Origin: an uncultured Gammaproteobacteria bacterium
GTDB taxonomy: Bacteria; Pseudomonadota; Gammaproteobacteria; SZUA-229
Assembly: GCA_963721085.1 (NCBI GenBank)
Contig: CAVRHW010000034.1
Location: forward strand, 2,675-66,674
Length of the DNA stretch: 64,000 nt
Reading direction: 5' to 3'
Below are positions 49,117 through 60,248 of this stretch, one piece after another. A program made the translations under genes and the position numbers. The notes beneath the pieces are model-generated. The model saw only the letters and a list, made by a program, of their open reading frames with translations, had not been told where the DNA came from and did not search any database. The first letter of the stretch is position 1, and each line of letters starts with the position of its first letter.

Positions 49117-51441
49117 TTATCCGCGCGCACCACCAGAGTAAGTAATCATTGCGCCTTTATCAGTATTACCGCTGCCACCTGTGACCTTGCTGACTGGCAC
49201 CGGTATTTGTTCGGGGCGAATCATGTCCGCGCGCGTCTGCATTGGACTTACTGGCCCACCTCGTAATGACGGGTTGCGACGTCTGGCAGATGCACCTTCG
49301 GTACCGGTTACACGATCGCCGCGTTCCCAGTCATCACCGGTAATCCTCTGTCCACCATCCATACCTTCGCCAGTAATGCGCGACTTGACACGACCGTCGA
49401 CACTTTCAGCAGTCATCGGTATCGGTGCTTCTGGCGGTGTGCGATCAAAGCGCGCCTGTTCAGTGCCTGTCACTTTTCCTGTGGCCATGCCGAACGGACC
49501 GGTAATGTTTCCGCTTTCGTACTGTGCAGCCCGTGACATTTGCAGGGCTCATGTCGTAGTGCGCAGCATGCGCTGGCGGTGTAACACTGAAATCTTCCCA
49601 GGGCGCCTGTCCCAGTGACTGCGGAAAATCGGCACTGCCCGGTTCTGCTGCGGTTGCAGGACATGCTGCAGCTGCCTGATCGGCACCTACATAAGGTGTG
49701 CCTGTGAGCGGTTCGCACGCACCCTTGTTCGCACCCGTCAGGTGTCCTCCGATACCGGGCTGCTGGCCTGTCATCGGTTTACCCCAGCGACGTGTTGCAG
49801 GTTGCATGCGCGCCTGTGCTTCCGACGATTGTGGCGCTTCGCAAAATTGCTGGTACTGGTCGCCACCGGCATACGGGGTGCCGGTCACAGCCTTGCAGGT
49901 ACCGGGCTCATCGCCGGTGACCTGGCCCGAACGTCCCGCCAGGCTGCCAGTAACAAACTGGTTTGCCATCGTGCTGGAAACATTGACCTTGCGATCTTTC
50001 GGTTCGGGTGTCGCTTTACAAAAACCGCTGTACTGTTCTTTGCCAACATAATCATCGCCAGTGACATTGCGACAGCTGCCCGGTTCATCACCGGTCATGC
50101 GTTCACGACGACCGATCATGGTGCCGGTGACACTGCCACCGCGCAGCGTGGCACTGGTGCCAACCTTGGACGGCGCACTGCCGATGTCCTGTGCTTTGCT
50201 GTATTGCGTACCGGTAAGATTCTTACGCATACCGTATTCATCGCCCGTTACCATTTTCGAGCGACCAACGTTATTGCCGGTCACCGTTTTACCTTTCATG
50301 GTTTCAGCCATGGAACCTTTGCGCGGTGATTTTTCAGCGAATTCACCGCAGTAACCCTGTGTCTGTTCAGCACTCACATATTGAGCACCGGTCACACGCT
50401 TGCAGGTGCCCGGCTCATTGCCGGTCACATTGCTGCCGCGTCCCAGGCGGTTACCGCTGACAGAGTTGCCATGCGATGTCGTGGTCACGCTGACTTTTTT
50501 CGCGGTCGTCGCTTTCGCATCGCTCTGGCAGAATTTATTGAAAATATCTGCGCCCAGATATTCGGTACCGGTAACCGTGCGGCAGGTACTCGCCTCATCA
50601 CCGGTCGTATTGTTATGACGACCGACCATCGTGCCCGTTACGGTCTGGCCGCTGGTGGTTTCACTGGCGCCCACTTTCCACGGCGCATCCTGTGCAGCGC
50701 CCACAGTATTGTTTCCTGTGATTTACGCATCTGGCGACTTGGGCGACCGCAGGGCGCAGATTTTTTCTGACCCGCACCACCTCGTTTGCTGCGCTGCTCG
50801 CGCACTACCTGCGCCAGTTCGCGACTGGTCATTTTCGGGTTGCTCGCGCGAACCACCTGGGCTTCACTCATCGAGTTTTTATCCAGTCCTGCCTTGCCGC
50901 GAGAAGACAAAGCCTTACGACGTGCCAGTGCGGCAGACTTTGCAGTACTGGATGCGGTTTGCGGACGACGAACCACACGCGATCTCGGCCGCAAACCTTT
51001 ATTGGAAGACACAGTCGCCTCAGGACGGCTGGATGGAACAACCGTCTCGAGACGACTGGTCTTATCTTTCGCTTCACCGCCGCATCCGCATCCACAATCT
51101 GTGTTCGGACGTTCAGCAGCGTCTGCATTTACTTTTTTCGGTTGCGAGCTTGATCCACCGCGAACACGGTCTTTGGTATCCAGTGCAGTTTTACCCTGGG
51201 TGGACATTGCCTTGCGACGTGCCAATGACGCAGCGCGCGCACTTCCGCCCTCGGCACGACTGGCCGCGGGCGTTGCAGAACCCGATGTCGAAGCACCGGA
51301 ACTTGCACTACCCGATGCTGCGCCAGTTCTACCTGCGCTTTTTATCGCTGCCTTGCCACCACTCGACAAAGCCTTGCGTCGCTCAAGTGCGAACGCTCTA
51401 CTGCTGTGTGCGTGTGCGTTTGCCGTTGCAACTTGTGACAT
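49117..51441 (-). pseudogene. csoS2: Carboxysome scaffold protein CsoS2, read in three frame segments
   Basis: N-terminal domain 51441-~50712, with repeated ARRKA[LM]S..GK RuBisCO-binding motifs. Middle region ~50712-~49540, with VTG repeats and Cys pairs. C-terminal domain 49539-49117, ending ITYSGGARG*. The N-terminal and C-terminal domains share one frame and the middle region is offset by one. Confidence 0.9.
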
Positions 51442-51507
51442 GATTCATCCCACCTTTTACCGTTGTTCGTTAAAAGATCAATATCGATAACCGTTAAACC
51501 GTTCGCC

Positions 51508-51849
51508 TTATACCGCGCGTCCTTCGTGCACGACGAAGCAGACGCCCTGGCTCTGACTGTAATTGTCATAACCGATAAGACGAATATGATGATCCGGATA
51601 ACTGCGACGGCAGGCTTCAAGCTCTTCCATCACGCGCACTGGATCGGATTCGCCAAACATGGGCAGTTTCCACATGGTCCAGTAATGATCGCTGGCAGCA
51701 CTGGGATGCTCATGCTCGATAGCGGGCGTCAAGCCCATCGAAACCAGGTATGTAATCTGGTCATAAACTTCGTCCTGTGTAAGCTTGGGCAGGAAGCCGA
51801 AAGTTTCCAGAGTCTGTGAAGTTTGGTAATCGCCTTGTTGATTGCTCAT
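51508..51849 (-). CDS. cbbS: RuBisCO small subunit (form IA)
   Basis: [33 protein letters not shown]...[11 protein letters not shown]. Confidence 0.95.
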   Translation of the reverse strand: MSNQQGDYQTSQTLETFGFLPKLTQDEVYDQITYLVSMGLTPAIEHEHPSAASDHYWTMWKLPMFGESDPVRVMEELEACRRSYPDHHIRLIGYDNYSQSQGVCFVVHEGRAV

Positions 51850-51908
51850 TACGCTTTCCTCTAAATGTATCTGTGTTTAGTGTTCAGTGATGTTTGCGAT
51901 GTATCAGA

Positions 51909-53330
51909 TCAACCAACGTCCAGTTTGTCGACAGTGTCGAACTCGAACTTGATCTCTTTCCAGGTTTCCATCGCAATCGCCAGTTCGGGACTGTGTCGCG
52001 CTGCTTCAGAAAGGATGTCGCGTGCTTCTTTCTCGATCTCACGACCCTGGTTACGTGCCTTAACGCTTGCTTCAAGCGCAACACGGTTAGCAGCAGCACC
52101 CGCAGCATTACCCCATGGGTGACCCTGAGTACCACCACCAAACTGCAGAACAGAGTCATCACCGAAAATGGTGACCAGCGCAGGCATGTGCCATACGTGG
52201 ATACCACCGGAAGCGACTGCAAACACACCCGGCATTGAACCCCAGTCCTGATCAAAGAACACACCGCGTGAACGATCTTCAGGAACAAACGATTCGCGCA
52301 ACTGATCAACAAAACCCAGTGTTGATGCACGGTCACCTTCCAGCTTACCGACCACAGTACCAGTGTGCAGGTGGTCACCACCTGACAGACGCAGACACTT
52401 GGCCAGTACGCGGAAATGAATACCGTGTTTCGGATGACGGTCGATTACCGCGTGCATTGCACGGTGAATGTGAAGCAGCATGCCGTTCTTGCGGCACCAG
52501 TTAGCGAGACCGGTGTTCGCTGTGAAACCACCAGTGAGGAAGTCATGCATAATGATCGGGCAGCCAACTTCTTTGGCGAACTCAGCTCGCTCGTACATAT
52601 CTTCAGGCGTCGCAGAAGTAACGTTCAGGTAATGGCCTTTACGTTCGCCGGTTTCACGTTGCGCCTTGTCGATCGCTTCGGCAACAAACTCGAAGCGATC
52701 GCGCCAGCGCATGAAAGGTTGCGAGTTAACGTTTTCATCGTCCTTGGTCAAATCCAGACCACCGCGCAAACATTCGTAAACTGCACGGCCATAGTTTTTC
52801 GCGGACAGACCCAGTTTAGGCTTGATGGTCGCACCCAGCATTGGACGGCCATACTTGTTCAGACGATCACGTTCAACCTGGATACCAGCCGGCGGGCCAC
52901 CGCAAGTTTTGATATAAGCGATCGGGAAGCGAATGTCTTCCAGACGCAGATGACGCAGCGCTTTAAAGCCGAATACGTTACCAACCAGCGAGGTCAGTAC
53001 GTTTACCACCGAGCCTTCTTCAAAAAGATCGATCGGGTACGCAACAAAAGCGTAAAATGATTCGCTGTCGCCCGGCACATCTTCGATGCGGTAGGCACGA
53101 CCCTTGTAGTATTCAAGGTCGGTCAGCAATTCTGACCACACGGTACTCCAGGTACCCGTGGATGATTCAGCAGCAACGGCAGCAGCGACTTCTTCGCGCG
53201 GCACGCCAGATTGCCCTGTACACTTGAAACATGCAAGTAAGTCGGTGTCCAACGGAACATAGTCCGGTGTCCAGTACATATCACGATATTCTTTGACGCC
53301 TGCGTCATAAGATTTTGAGGCCATGGTCAA
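51909..53330 (-). CDS. cbbL: RuBisCO large subunit (form IA)
   Basis: 473-aa ORF with [34 protein letters not shown], the HIHRAMHA-type motifs and [12 protein letters not shown]. Confidence 0.97.
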   Translation of the reverse strand: MTMASKSYDAGVKEYRDMYWTPDYVPLDTDLLACFKCTGQSGVPREEVAAAVAAESSTGTWSTVWSELLTDLEYYKGRAYRIEDVPGDSESFYAFVAYPIDLFEEGSVVNVLTSLVGNVFGFKALRHLRLEDIRFPIAYIKTCGGPPAGIQVERDRLNKYGRPMLGATIKPKLGLSAKNYGRAVYECLRGGLDLTKDDENVNSQPFMRWRDRFEFVAEAIDKAQRETGERKGHYLNVTSATPEDMYERAEFAKEVGCPIIMHDFLTGGFTANTGLANWCRKNGMLLHIHRAMHAVIDRHPKHGIHFRVLAKCLRLSGGDHLHTGTVVGKLEGDRASTLGFVDQLRESFVPEDRSRGVFFDQDWGSMPGVFAVASGGIHVWHMPALVTIFGDDSVLQFGGGTQGHPWGNAAGAAANRVALEASVKARNQGREIEKEARDILSEAARHSPELAIAMETWKEIKFEFDTVDKLDVG

Positions 53331-53984
53331 CTCCTTCTAAGAGAATTAATTAGCGAATCAGAAATAACTTCTCGAGTTGGCGAAAGTCTAGAAACACATT
53401 GACATCATTACTAATTGATTTTGCTTTGGCATTGCATAGACGCTGGCTTATAGATCTTCAGCGTTACTACTCCAGCGTTTAATACATGCGACCTGCCGGC
53501 AATCAGCCCTCAAAAAGCACGTCCACCACGGCCAGGCGGGGCATTCAGATACAAAAAATCGTCGTGCTATCTCGCAGACAGATCAAGGTGAGTGTTGAAA
53601 AATAGCGGGATCACTGAAATCAACGTTTAGCCAGGACAGCAATTCATGGCAGCGAAAGACTATTAGCAATAGCTCAGGCAGCTGGCTGCTATAACTTCTT
53701 ATGCCAGCTTTATGGAGAAATGGATAACGAATAAGGTAAAACTGGGTAGAAAATGATCCTTCCGTCACATTTTAGATGCTGTTCGCAGAAACCGGATGTT
53801 GAGCCCTCTGGTGGCGCAGCTGTTACTCTGGCCCTAAATAGTCTTTGATTTAAATCAAGCATTTATGCTGAATCTATTTTAACTCTGTTGACTCTGTATT
53901 AGATTACATCCAGACACCCATTGAGAAATCTCAGGGGTGCCCGTTGTATATAAAACATCATTCCTTTATGCAGGGGTTATAGAT

Positions 53985-54401
53985 ATGAACAAACATTTAC
54001 CTATGTTAGTCGGGATCTGTCTCGGTTTAACGCTGACATCGCCGATTGTACTGGCGGCGGATCAGGACCGCGACCAGCTTCAGACTCAGGATCAATCAAG
54101 AGACCAGGATCGTATCTATGGCTCACAACTGATGACCGCACAGGAACGCACCGAATTTCGCAATAAAATGCGCGCCGCCAAAACCGCAGAGGAACGTGAG
54201 CGCATCCGCGAGCAACACCACAAAGAAATGCAGGAACGTGCCCGCAAGCAAGGCGTAGAACTACCGGACATGCCTCCGGCACGCGGAATGGGTGGCGGTA
54301 TGGGCCCCGGTGGTGGCATGGGACCTGGGGGCAATATGGGACCCGGCGGTGGCATGGGGCCTGGCGGTGGCATGGGCCCCGGCGGCAGACCTAACCGTTA
54401 A
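53985..54401 (+). CDS. Secreted protein with a C-terminal (GMGPGG)n Gly/Met-rich repeat
   Basis: ATG 53985 and signal peptide MNKHLPMLVGICLGLTLTSPIVLAADQ. A charged helical middle (ERTEFRNKMRAAKTAEERERIREQHHKEMQERARKQG) is followed by GMGGGMGPGGGMGPGGNMGPGGGMGPGGGMGPGG. Confidence 0.6.
   Translation: MNKHLPMLVGICLGLTLTSPIVLAADQDRDQLQTQDQSRDQDRIYGSQLMTAQERTEFRNKMRAAKTAEERERIREQHHKEMQERARKQGVELPDMPPARGMGGGMGPGGGMGPGGNMGPGGGMGPGGGMGPGGRPNR
54285..54386 (+). repeat. 18-nt-periodic coding tandem repeat (GMGPGG units)
   Basis: ATGGGnCCnGGnGGnGGC-type units are repeated about 5 times inside the 53985-54401 CDS. Confidence 0.8.
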
Positions 54402-54463
54402 GCAACTACACTTTAACTCTCCATTAAGCCAGGCCTGCCACTTTCCTCTCCTCCAGAAGTGGT

Positions 54464-54485
54464 AGCAGCCTGGCTGCTTTTTTTC
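54464..54485 (+). terminator. Hairpin plus T-run after the Gly/Met-rich gene
   Basis: AGCAGcctggCTGCT is followed by TTTTTTT. It lies between two convergent genes (guaA ends at 54534). Confidence 0.5.
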
Positions 54486-54533
54486 CTCACGCCTTAATCA
54501 GTCGCATGAAAGCCCAGCACATGCGAAGGCGGC

Positions 54534-56105
54534 CTATTCCCACTCGATAGTCGCCGGGCGGTTTACCGGAGATATCATAAGTCACGCGCGAGATACCATC
54601 GATCTCGTTGATGATGCGACGTGAAACATGATCAAGAAACTCATAAGGCAGGTGCGCCCAGCGCGCGGTCATGAAGTCGATGGTTTCCACTGCGCGCAGC
54701 GCGACCACGTAATCATAACGACGGCCGTCACCCATGACACCCACCGAACGCACGGGTAAAAATACCGCGAAGGCCTGGCTCACTTTATTGTAAAGATCGT
54801 GCGCGTACAGTTCTTTGATAAAGATGTCGTCGGCGAGTCGTAACAGATCGGCATATTCTTTTTTCACTTCACCAAGAATACGTACACCCAGGCCGGGGCC
54901 GGGGAACGGATGACGGTAGACCATTTCAGATGGCAGACCCAGTTCGACACCGATCTTGCGCACTTCGTCCTTGAACAGTTCGCGCAATGGTTCGACCAGT
55001 TGCATCGTCATGTCTTCGGGCAGGCCACCAACATTATGATGCGATTTTATAAGGTGTGAATTTTTGCTGCCGGCAGACTCGATCACATCAGGATAAATCG
55101 TGCCCTGTGCCAGCCAGTTGGCAGTGGTTAATTTATTCGCTTCTTCCTGAAAAATATCGATGAACACGCGGCCGATGATTTTGCGTTTTTTCTCGGGATC
55201 GGCTTCGCCTTTGAGTTCATCCAGAAAACGTTGTTCGGCATCGACACGGATCACTCTCACGCCCATGTTCTGCGCGAACACCGCCATCACCTGGTCGCCT
55301 TCATGGTGACGCAACAAACCGTTATCGACAAACACGCAGGTAAGCTGGTCACCGATCGCGCGATGCAACAAGCGCAGCGACCACAGAAGAATCGACACCA
55401 CCGGAAAGACCCAGGATCACTTCGTCGCTACCCACCTGCTCGCGCACGCGTGCGATACTGTCTTCGATAATATTATCCGCTGTCCACAGATTGGCGCATT
55501 CACATATCTCATGCACAAAACGTTCGATAATGCGTTGCCCCTGCTTGGTGTGTGTCACTTCGGGATGAAACTGCACACCATAAAAACGCAGGGTTTCATT
55601 TGCCATCGCCGCATTGGGCGCACTGTCGGTGCTGGCGATGCAGAACAAAGCCTTCTGGCAATTCATCGACGCGATCACCGTGTGACATCCAGACATCGAG
55701 AAACGCATGGCCCTCGTCATTAACATGATCTTCGATTTCGTTGAACAACTTGCTGTGATTGCGTGCGCGCACCTGGGCGTAGCCAAATTCACGATGCGTC
55801 GACGCACCCACCTTGCCACCGAGCTGCGCTGCCATGGTCTGCATGCCGTAACAGATACCGAGCACAGGAATACCCAGATCGAAAACGATCTCGGGTGCTT
55901 TCAGGGTATCGGTAGCGGTAACCGATTCCGGTCCGCCGGAAAGAATAATGCCGTTGGGATTAAAATTGGAAATATCTTCGTCATCGACATCACTGGGATG
56001 AATTTCGCAATACACGCCGGCTTCGCGCACACGCCGCGCAATCAGCTGTGTGTACTGCGAACCAAAGTCGAGGATCAGGATTTTATCGGCGTGAATGTTT
56101 TGCAT
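54534..56105 (-). pseudogene. guaA: GMP synthase (glutamine-hydrolysing), three frame changes
   Basis: GATase part 56105-55596 ([20 protein letters not shown]..., GICYGMQ). 55819-55349 carries FHPEVTHT...[12 protein letters not shown]. 55401-54487 carries [20 protein letters not shown].... The true end GKPPATIEWE* is reached only after one more shift, with the stop at 54534-54536. Confidence 0.9.
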
Positions 56106-56122
56106 AGTTGTTATTCAGTTGA

Positions 56123-56275
56123 TTAAAAGCATTTCACCACAGAGACACAGATGGACACGGAGAATAAATATTATTAAGTCACGAACCTATCAGTCAGTAG
56201 CGCTATAGAAAAGCACATACAAAACACATATAGTTTTTCCTCTGTGTTCTCTGTGCCTCTGTGGTAAAGGTTTTT
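56123..56275. repeat. Composite inverted-repeat element, copy 1 (guaB-guaA spacer)
   Basis: Left arm TTAAAAGC..CCACAGAGACACAGATGGACACGGAGAATAA (to 56167). Right arm TTTTCCTCTGTGTTCTCTGTGCCTCTGTGG (56235-56264). The central part is about 67 bp and unrelated to the other copies. Confidence 0.75.
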
Positions 56276-56290
56276 ATAAAGTTTTTAATC

Positions 56291-57748
56291 TTAAGAGCTT
56301 CGGTAGTTCGGTGCTTCTTTGGTGATGGTGACATCGTGCACGTGCGATTCAGAGACCCCTGCACCCGAGATACGAACAAAGCTGGGCTTGGTGCGCATTT
56401 CATCCAGCGTGGCGCAGCCGACATATCCCATGCTGGAACGCAGCCCCCCCATCATCTGATGCACGATGGCATTCATTGGGCCTTTGTATGCCACACGACC
56501 TTCGATGCCTTCGGGTACCAGCTTGTCGCTGCCTTCCGAGCTATCCTGGAAATAACGATCGCTGGAACCCTGCTTCATCGCACCTAATGAACCCATGCCA
56601 CGGTAGGATTTATAGGAACGGCCCTGGAACAAAATTTCTTCGCCCGGTGCTTCTTCGGTACCGGCGAGCATGCTGCCCACCATGATGCAGTAACCACCTG
56701 CTGCGATCGCTTTGGCCATGTCACCCGAATAACGAATACCACCATCCGCGATCAATGGCACGCCTGTTCCTTCGAGCGCTTTGGCGACATAACTGATCGC
56801 CGAAATTTGTGGTACACCGACGCCCGCGATAATGCGCGTGGTGCAGATCGAACCCGGACCGATACCGACCTTGACGCCATCCGCACCAGCTTTGACCAGT
56901 GCTTTGGCAGCATCGCCAGTGGCGATGTTGCCGCCAATCACCTGCACTGGATAATGTTTTTTCACCCAGCTAACACGATCCAGTACTGCCTGTGAGTGAC
57001 CGTGCGCAGTATCGACCACGATCACATCAACACCCGCAGCCACCAGCAGCTCGACGCGTTCTTCTGTGCCCTCACCTGTGCCGACCGCAGCACCCACGCG
57101 CAGACGACCTTGGCCATCTTTGCAGGCATTGGGATAATCGGTGGATTTTTGAATATCTTTTACCGTGATCATGCCACGCAGCTCGAAACGATCATTCACC
57201 ACCAGAACGCGTTCGATGCGATGTTTGTGCAGCAGGCTGAGCACTTCTTCTTTCGAAGCGCCTTCTTCCACGGTGACCAGTTTTTCCTTTGGCGTCATGA
57301 TCGCGGATACCGGCTGATCAAGACGGGTTTCGAAACGCAGGTCGCGGCTGGTAACCAGGCCGACCAGTTCCTGGCCACGCGTGACCGGGACGCCGGAAAT
57401 GTTATGTTGCTTGCGCAGTGCCAGCACTTCGCGAATGCTCATTTCCGGTGGCACCTGCACCGGGTCGGTAATAACACCGCTTTCGTATTTTTTTACCTGA
57501 CGGACATTGTCGGCCTGTTCGGCAGGGCTGAGGTTTTTATGAACAATGCCAAGACCGCCTTCCTGCGCCAGCGCAATGGCCAGACGCGCTTCGGTCACCG
57601 TGTCCATGGCGGCTGAAAGCAGGGGGATCTTGAGCTCGATATCGCGGGTGACCCGGGTGGTCAGGTCAACATCTCGGGGCATTACTACAGAATGCGCTGG
57701 AACCAGTAAAACGTCGTCAAATGTGAGGGCTTCCTCGATTATGCGCAT
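56291..57748 (-). CDS. guaB: IMP dehydrogenase
   Basis: 485-aa ORF with the CBS pair, [11 protein letters not shown] catalytic loop and GGIRYSGD. Confidence 0.95.
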   Translation of the reverse strand: MRIIEEALTFDDVLLVPAHSVVMPRDVDLTTRVTRDIELKIPLLSAAMDTVTEARLAIALAQEGGLGIVHKNLSPAEQADNVRQVKKYESGVITDPVQVPPEMSIREVLALRKQHNISGVPVTRGQELVGLVTSRDLRFETRLDQPVSAIMTPKEKLVTVEEGASKEEVLSLLHKHRIERVLVVNDRFELRGMITVKDIQKSTDYPNACKDGQGRLRVGAAVGTGEGTEERVELLVAAGVDVIVVDTAHGHSQAVLDRVSWVKKHYPVQVIGGNIATGDAAKALVKAGADGVKVGIGPGSICTTRIIAGVGVPQISAISYVAKALEGTGVPLIADGGIRYSGDMAKAIAAGGYCIMVGSMLAGTEEAPGEEILFQGRSYKSYRGMGSLGAMKQGSSDRYFQDSSEGSDKLVPEGIEGRVAYKGPMNAIVHQMMGGLRSSMGYVGCATLDEMRTKPSFVRISGAGVSESHVHDVTITKEAPNYRSS

Positions 57749-57910
57749 GTGGGTTCCTGCTGTGCCTTGGTGAATGGTAAAGGCGCCTAATTATAGGCTT
57801 CTGCTCCTCCCGGGTAAACAAGCAAGCTTTTCTCCGCGTTAAATATTTCGTAGGATGGTACCTCCTTCAAGAGGCATAACTAGACAAAATAACAAAGTGA
57901 GAGGATATCT

Positions 57911-58216
57911 ATGAAATTACGCAATATAACAACCGCTTTGGCATTCAGTGTGGTCCTGATCGCGCCCGCGATAGCGACCGCAGGTAACTCAGGCGAGTTC
58001 GACCAGGCCGTGAAACAAGCGACAGCCGCAATCGACAAGGCCAAGGCCGCCCACTACGAGTGGCGTGACAGCAGGAAGATTCTGAAACAAGCCGAGAAAG
58101 CGGAAAAAGCCGGCGATCACAAAAAAGCCATGGCTCTGGCCAACGAGGCAAAGGAACAGGGTATCATTGCAGTGGCACAGTCCAAACGATACGCCCACCC
58201 CACCATGCGAAACTAG
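57911..58216 (+). CDS. Small secreted helical protein (101 aa), unknown function
   Basis: Signal peptide MKLRNITTALAFSVVLIAPAIATA, then a Lys/Ala-rich helical region. A clean terminator follows. Confidence 0.55.
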   Translation: MKLRNITTALAFSVVLIAPAIATAGNSGEFDQAVKQATAAIDKAKAAHYEWRDSRKILKQAEKAEKAGDHKKAMALANEAKEQGIIAVAQSKRYAHPTMRN

Positions 58217-58236
58217 GCCTTTGGTCCGAAGAGATA

Positions 58237-58261
58237 AGCCGGGGTAACCCGGCTTTTTTTA
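58237..58261 (+). terminator. Rho-independent terminator abutting the xseA start
   Basis: AAGCCGGGgtaaCCCGGCTT is followed by a T7 run that extends to the xseA ATG at 58261. Confidence 0.7.
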
Positions 58262-59604
58262 TGATGACAGCAGAACGAACCGTCTACAGCGTCAGCGAAC
58301 TCAACCGGCAGGTCGCCGCCCTGCTCGAACAGGAATTCGCCTGGGTCTGGGTGGAAGCCGAAATCTCCAATCTCGCCCGCCCCGCGTCCGGCCACATTTA
58401 TTTCACCCTGAAAGACGATAACGCACAGATCCGCTGCGCCATGTTCCGCAGCCGCAACAAGGATCTGGGCTTCGCGCCGGATAACGGCCAGCAGGTGGTG
58501 GTGCGCGGCAAGATCAGCCTGTACCAGCCGCGCGGCGACTACCAGCTGATCGTCGATCGCATGGAAACCGCCGGCGAAGGCGCCCTGCGCGCGCGCTTCG
58601 AAGCGCTGAAAAACCGCCTCGCCGCCGAAGGCCTGTTCGCTGCCGAGCACAAATATGAAATCCCCGAGCTGCCGAGCTGCATCGGTGTGATCACCTCCAA
58701 CAGCGGTGCCGCCATCCGCGATGTGCTGAGCGTGATCGGCCGCCGTTTTCCTTCGATTCCGGTAAAACTGTTCCCGGTTCATGTACAAGGAGATGCTGCA
58801 GCGCCCGCGATCTGCAAAGCGCTTGAACTGGCCGAATCCATGGCCGAGTGCGATGTGCTGCTGCTGGTACGCGGCGGAGGCTCGCTGGAAGATCTCTGGG
58901 CGTTCAACGAAGAGTCGGTGGCACGAGCAATCTATGCCTGCGATATCCCGGTAGTCAGCGGTATCGGCCACGAAACCGATGTCACCATTGCGGATTTTGT
59001 CGCCGACCTGCGTGCCGCCACCCCCACCGCGGCGGCCGAGTCGGTCACCCCCGACCAGAACCACTGGTTGCGCAATCTTGCTGCCGGTCACCGCAGGCTG
59101 CTGCAGCTGATGCAGGAAGCGCAGAAACAGCGCCAGCAGGAACTGAACTGGCTGAAAGCCCGTCTTGTCCAGCAACACCCGATGGCGGTATTGCAGGCCT
59201 GGGCCCAGCGTCTGGACGATCTTGAACAGGGATTGCTGCGTGGCTGGCGAATGCGATTGCAGGACTGGCAGCACCGCCGGCAACAGCTCGCCAGTCGACT
59301 ACTGGCACAGTCACCGCGCCATCGCCTGCATCAGGGACAGCAACGCCTGCAGCTGCTGACATCACAGATGCAGCACCGGGCGCAGACCAGACTGGAGAAA
59401 ACCCGCGCCCGGCTCGAACGCCTGGCCAGCACCCTGAACGCAGTGAGCCCGTTGAATACCCTGGCGCGCGGCTACTCGATCACCAGTGACAACCAGGGCC
59501 GCACCCTGAACGATGCCCGCCAGGTAACAAAAGGCGATTCCATCACCAGCCGTCTGCACAGTGGACGCCTGATCAGCAAGGTCATCGAACAACTGGACGA
59601 CTAA
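58261..59604 (+). CDS. xseA: Exodeoxyribonuclease VII large subunit
   Basis: VYSVSELNRQVAALLEQEF..VWVEAEISN...SGHIYFTLKD (OB fold), GVITS..GAAIRDV, RGGGSLEDLW. Confidence 0.9.
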   Translation: MMTAERTVYSVSELNRQVAALLEQEFAWVWVEAEISNLARPASGHIYFTLKDDNAQIRCAMFRSRNKDLGFAPDNGQQVVVRGKISLYQPRGDYQLIVDRMETAGEGALRARFEALKNRLAAEGLFAAEHKYEIPELPSCIGVITSNSGAAIRDVLSVIGRRFPSIPVKLFPVHVQGDAAAPAICKALELAESMAECDVLLLVRGGGSLEDLWAFNEESVARAIYACDIPVVSGIGHETDVTIADFVADLRAATPTAAAESVTPDQNHWLRNLAAGHRRLLQLMQEAQKQRQQELNWLKARLVQQHPMAVLQAWAQRLDDLEQGLLRGWRMRLQDWQHRRQQLASRLLAQSPRHRLHQGQQRLQLLTSQMQHRAQTRLEKTRARLERLASTLNAVSPLNTLARGYSITSDNQGRTLNDARQVTKGDSITSRLHSGRLISKVIEQLDD

Positions 59605-59747
59605 TTCCGCCATTGACCCCATGAATAAACCCTCATAAAAACAACGATATCCGTTGCCACCGATAATCCGAGTTGCGCCTGCAGTGACTTTTATGATAAA
59701 TAGTCGCGCTCTTTTAGAAATCCTCAGGTAATACTGGAGTTCAATCA

Positions 59748-60182
59748 ATGCCAAGTAGCGCAAAAATACCCGAACATACATTCAAACCCTATAAAGCAAA
59801 AAAGGGTGAGGAATACATGAGCGATGCCCAGCTCGCGCACTTTTCAGAAATGTTGAACACCTGGAAAAACGAACTGATGGCCGAAGTTGACCGCACCGTA
59901 GGCCACATGAAAGACGACGCCGCCAATTTCCCCGATCCCGCTGATCGCGCTACTCAGGAAGAAGAATTCAGCCTCGAACTCCGCGCCCGTGATCGTGAAC
60001 GCAAGTTAATCAAAAAAATCGACGAATCCCTGACCAAGCTATCTAACGGTGATTACGGCTACTGCGAAACCTGCGGTGTCGAAATCGGCCTGAAGCGCCT
60101 CGAAGCCCGCCCAACAGCAACACAATGTATCGATTGCAAAAGCCTGGACGAGATCAAGGAAAAACAGACCAAGGGCAAATAA
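59748..60182 (+). CDS. dksA: RNA polymerase-binding transcription factor DksA
   Basis: Coiled coil carrying the DxxDxA tip ([12 protein letters not shown]) and the C4 zinc finger CETCGVEI...CIDC. Confidence 0.9.
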   Translation: MPSSAKIPEHTFKPYKAKKGEEYMSDAQLAHFSEMLNTWKNELMAEVDRTVGHMKDDAANFPDPADRATQEEEFSLELRARDRERKLIKKIDESLTKLSNGDYGYCETCGVEIGLKRLEARPTATQCIDCKSLDEIKEKQTKGK

Positions 60183-60207
60183 AGCCTGTAGTACTGTTGT
60201 ACAAAAA

Positions 60208-60231
60208 AGCCGGAACTGTTCCGGCTTTTTT
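60208..60231 (+). terminator. Rho-independent terminator of dksA
   Basis: AGCCGGAACtgTTCCGGCT flanked by A6 and T6 runs (bidirectional shape). Confidence 0.75.
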
Positions 60232-60248
60232 ATTGGCTGGCTAAAACA

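Noticed and set aside
49480-49600. csoS2 middle-region/CTD frame change as programmed ribosomal frameshifting of the Halothiobacillus type.
   Set aside because: The known mechanism is a -1 shift that truncates the protein. Here the CTD lies in the +1 frame relative to the middle region. I saw no X-XXY-YYZ slippery heptamer at the site, and the window is full of similar single-base indels. It is kept only as a low-interest note.
53331-53936. Small ORF 53583-53768 (minus strand) and possible CbbR boxes upstream of cbbL.
   Set aside because: The ORF has no SD and odd composition, and it sits in an AT-rich promoter region. I found only weak 3-4-bp T-N-A dyads, nothing comparable to the TTAAC-N11-GTTAA site before dabB, so I make no call.
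54285-54386. Short periodic DNA repeats (the GMGPGG tract here and the CACGGAGAA iterons at 56-61.5 kb) as a CRISPR array.
   Set aside because: The first is an in-frame 18-nt coding repeat. The second occurs only as inverted pairs around one non-conserved centre. That is not a series of direct repeats with uniform spacers, and no cas genes are present.
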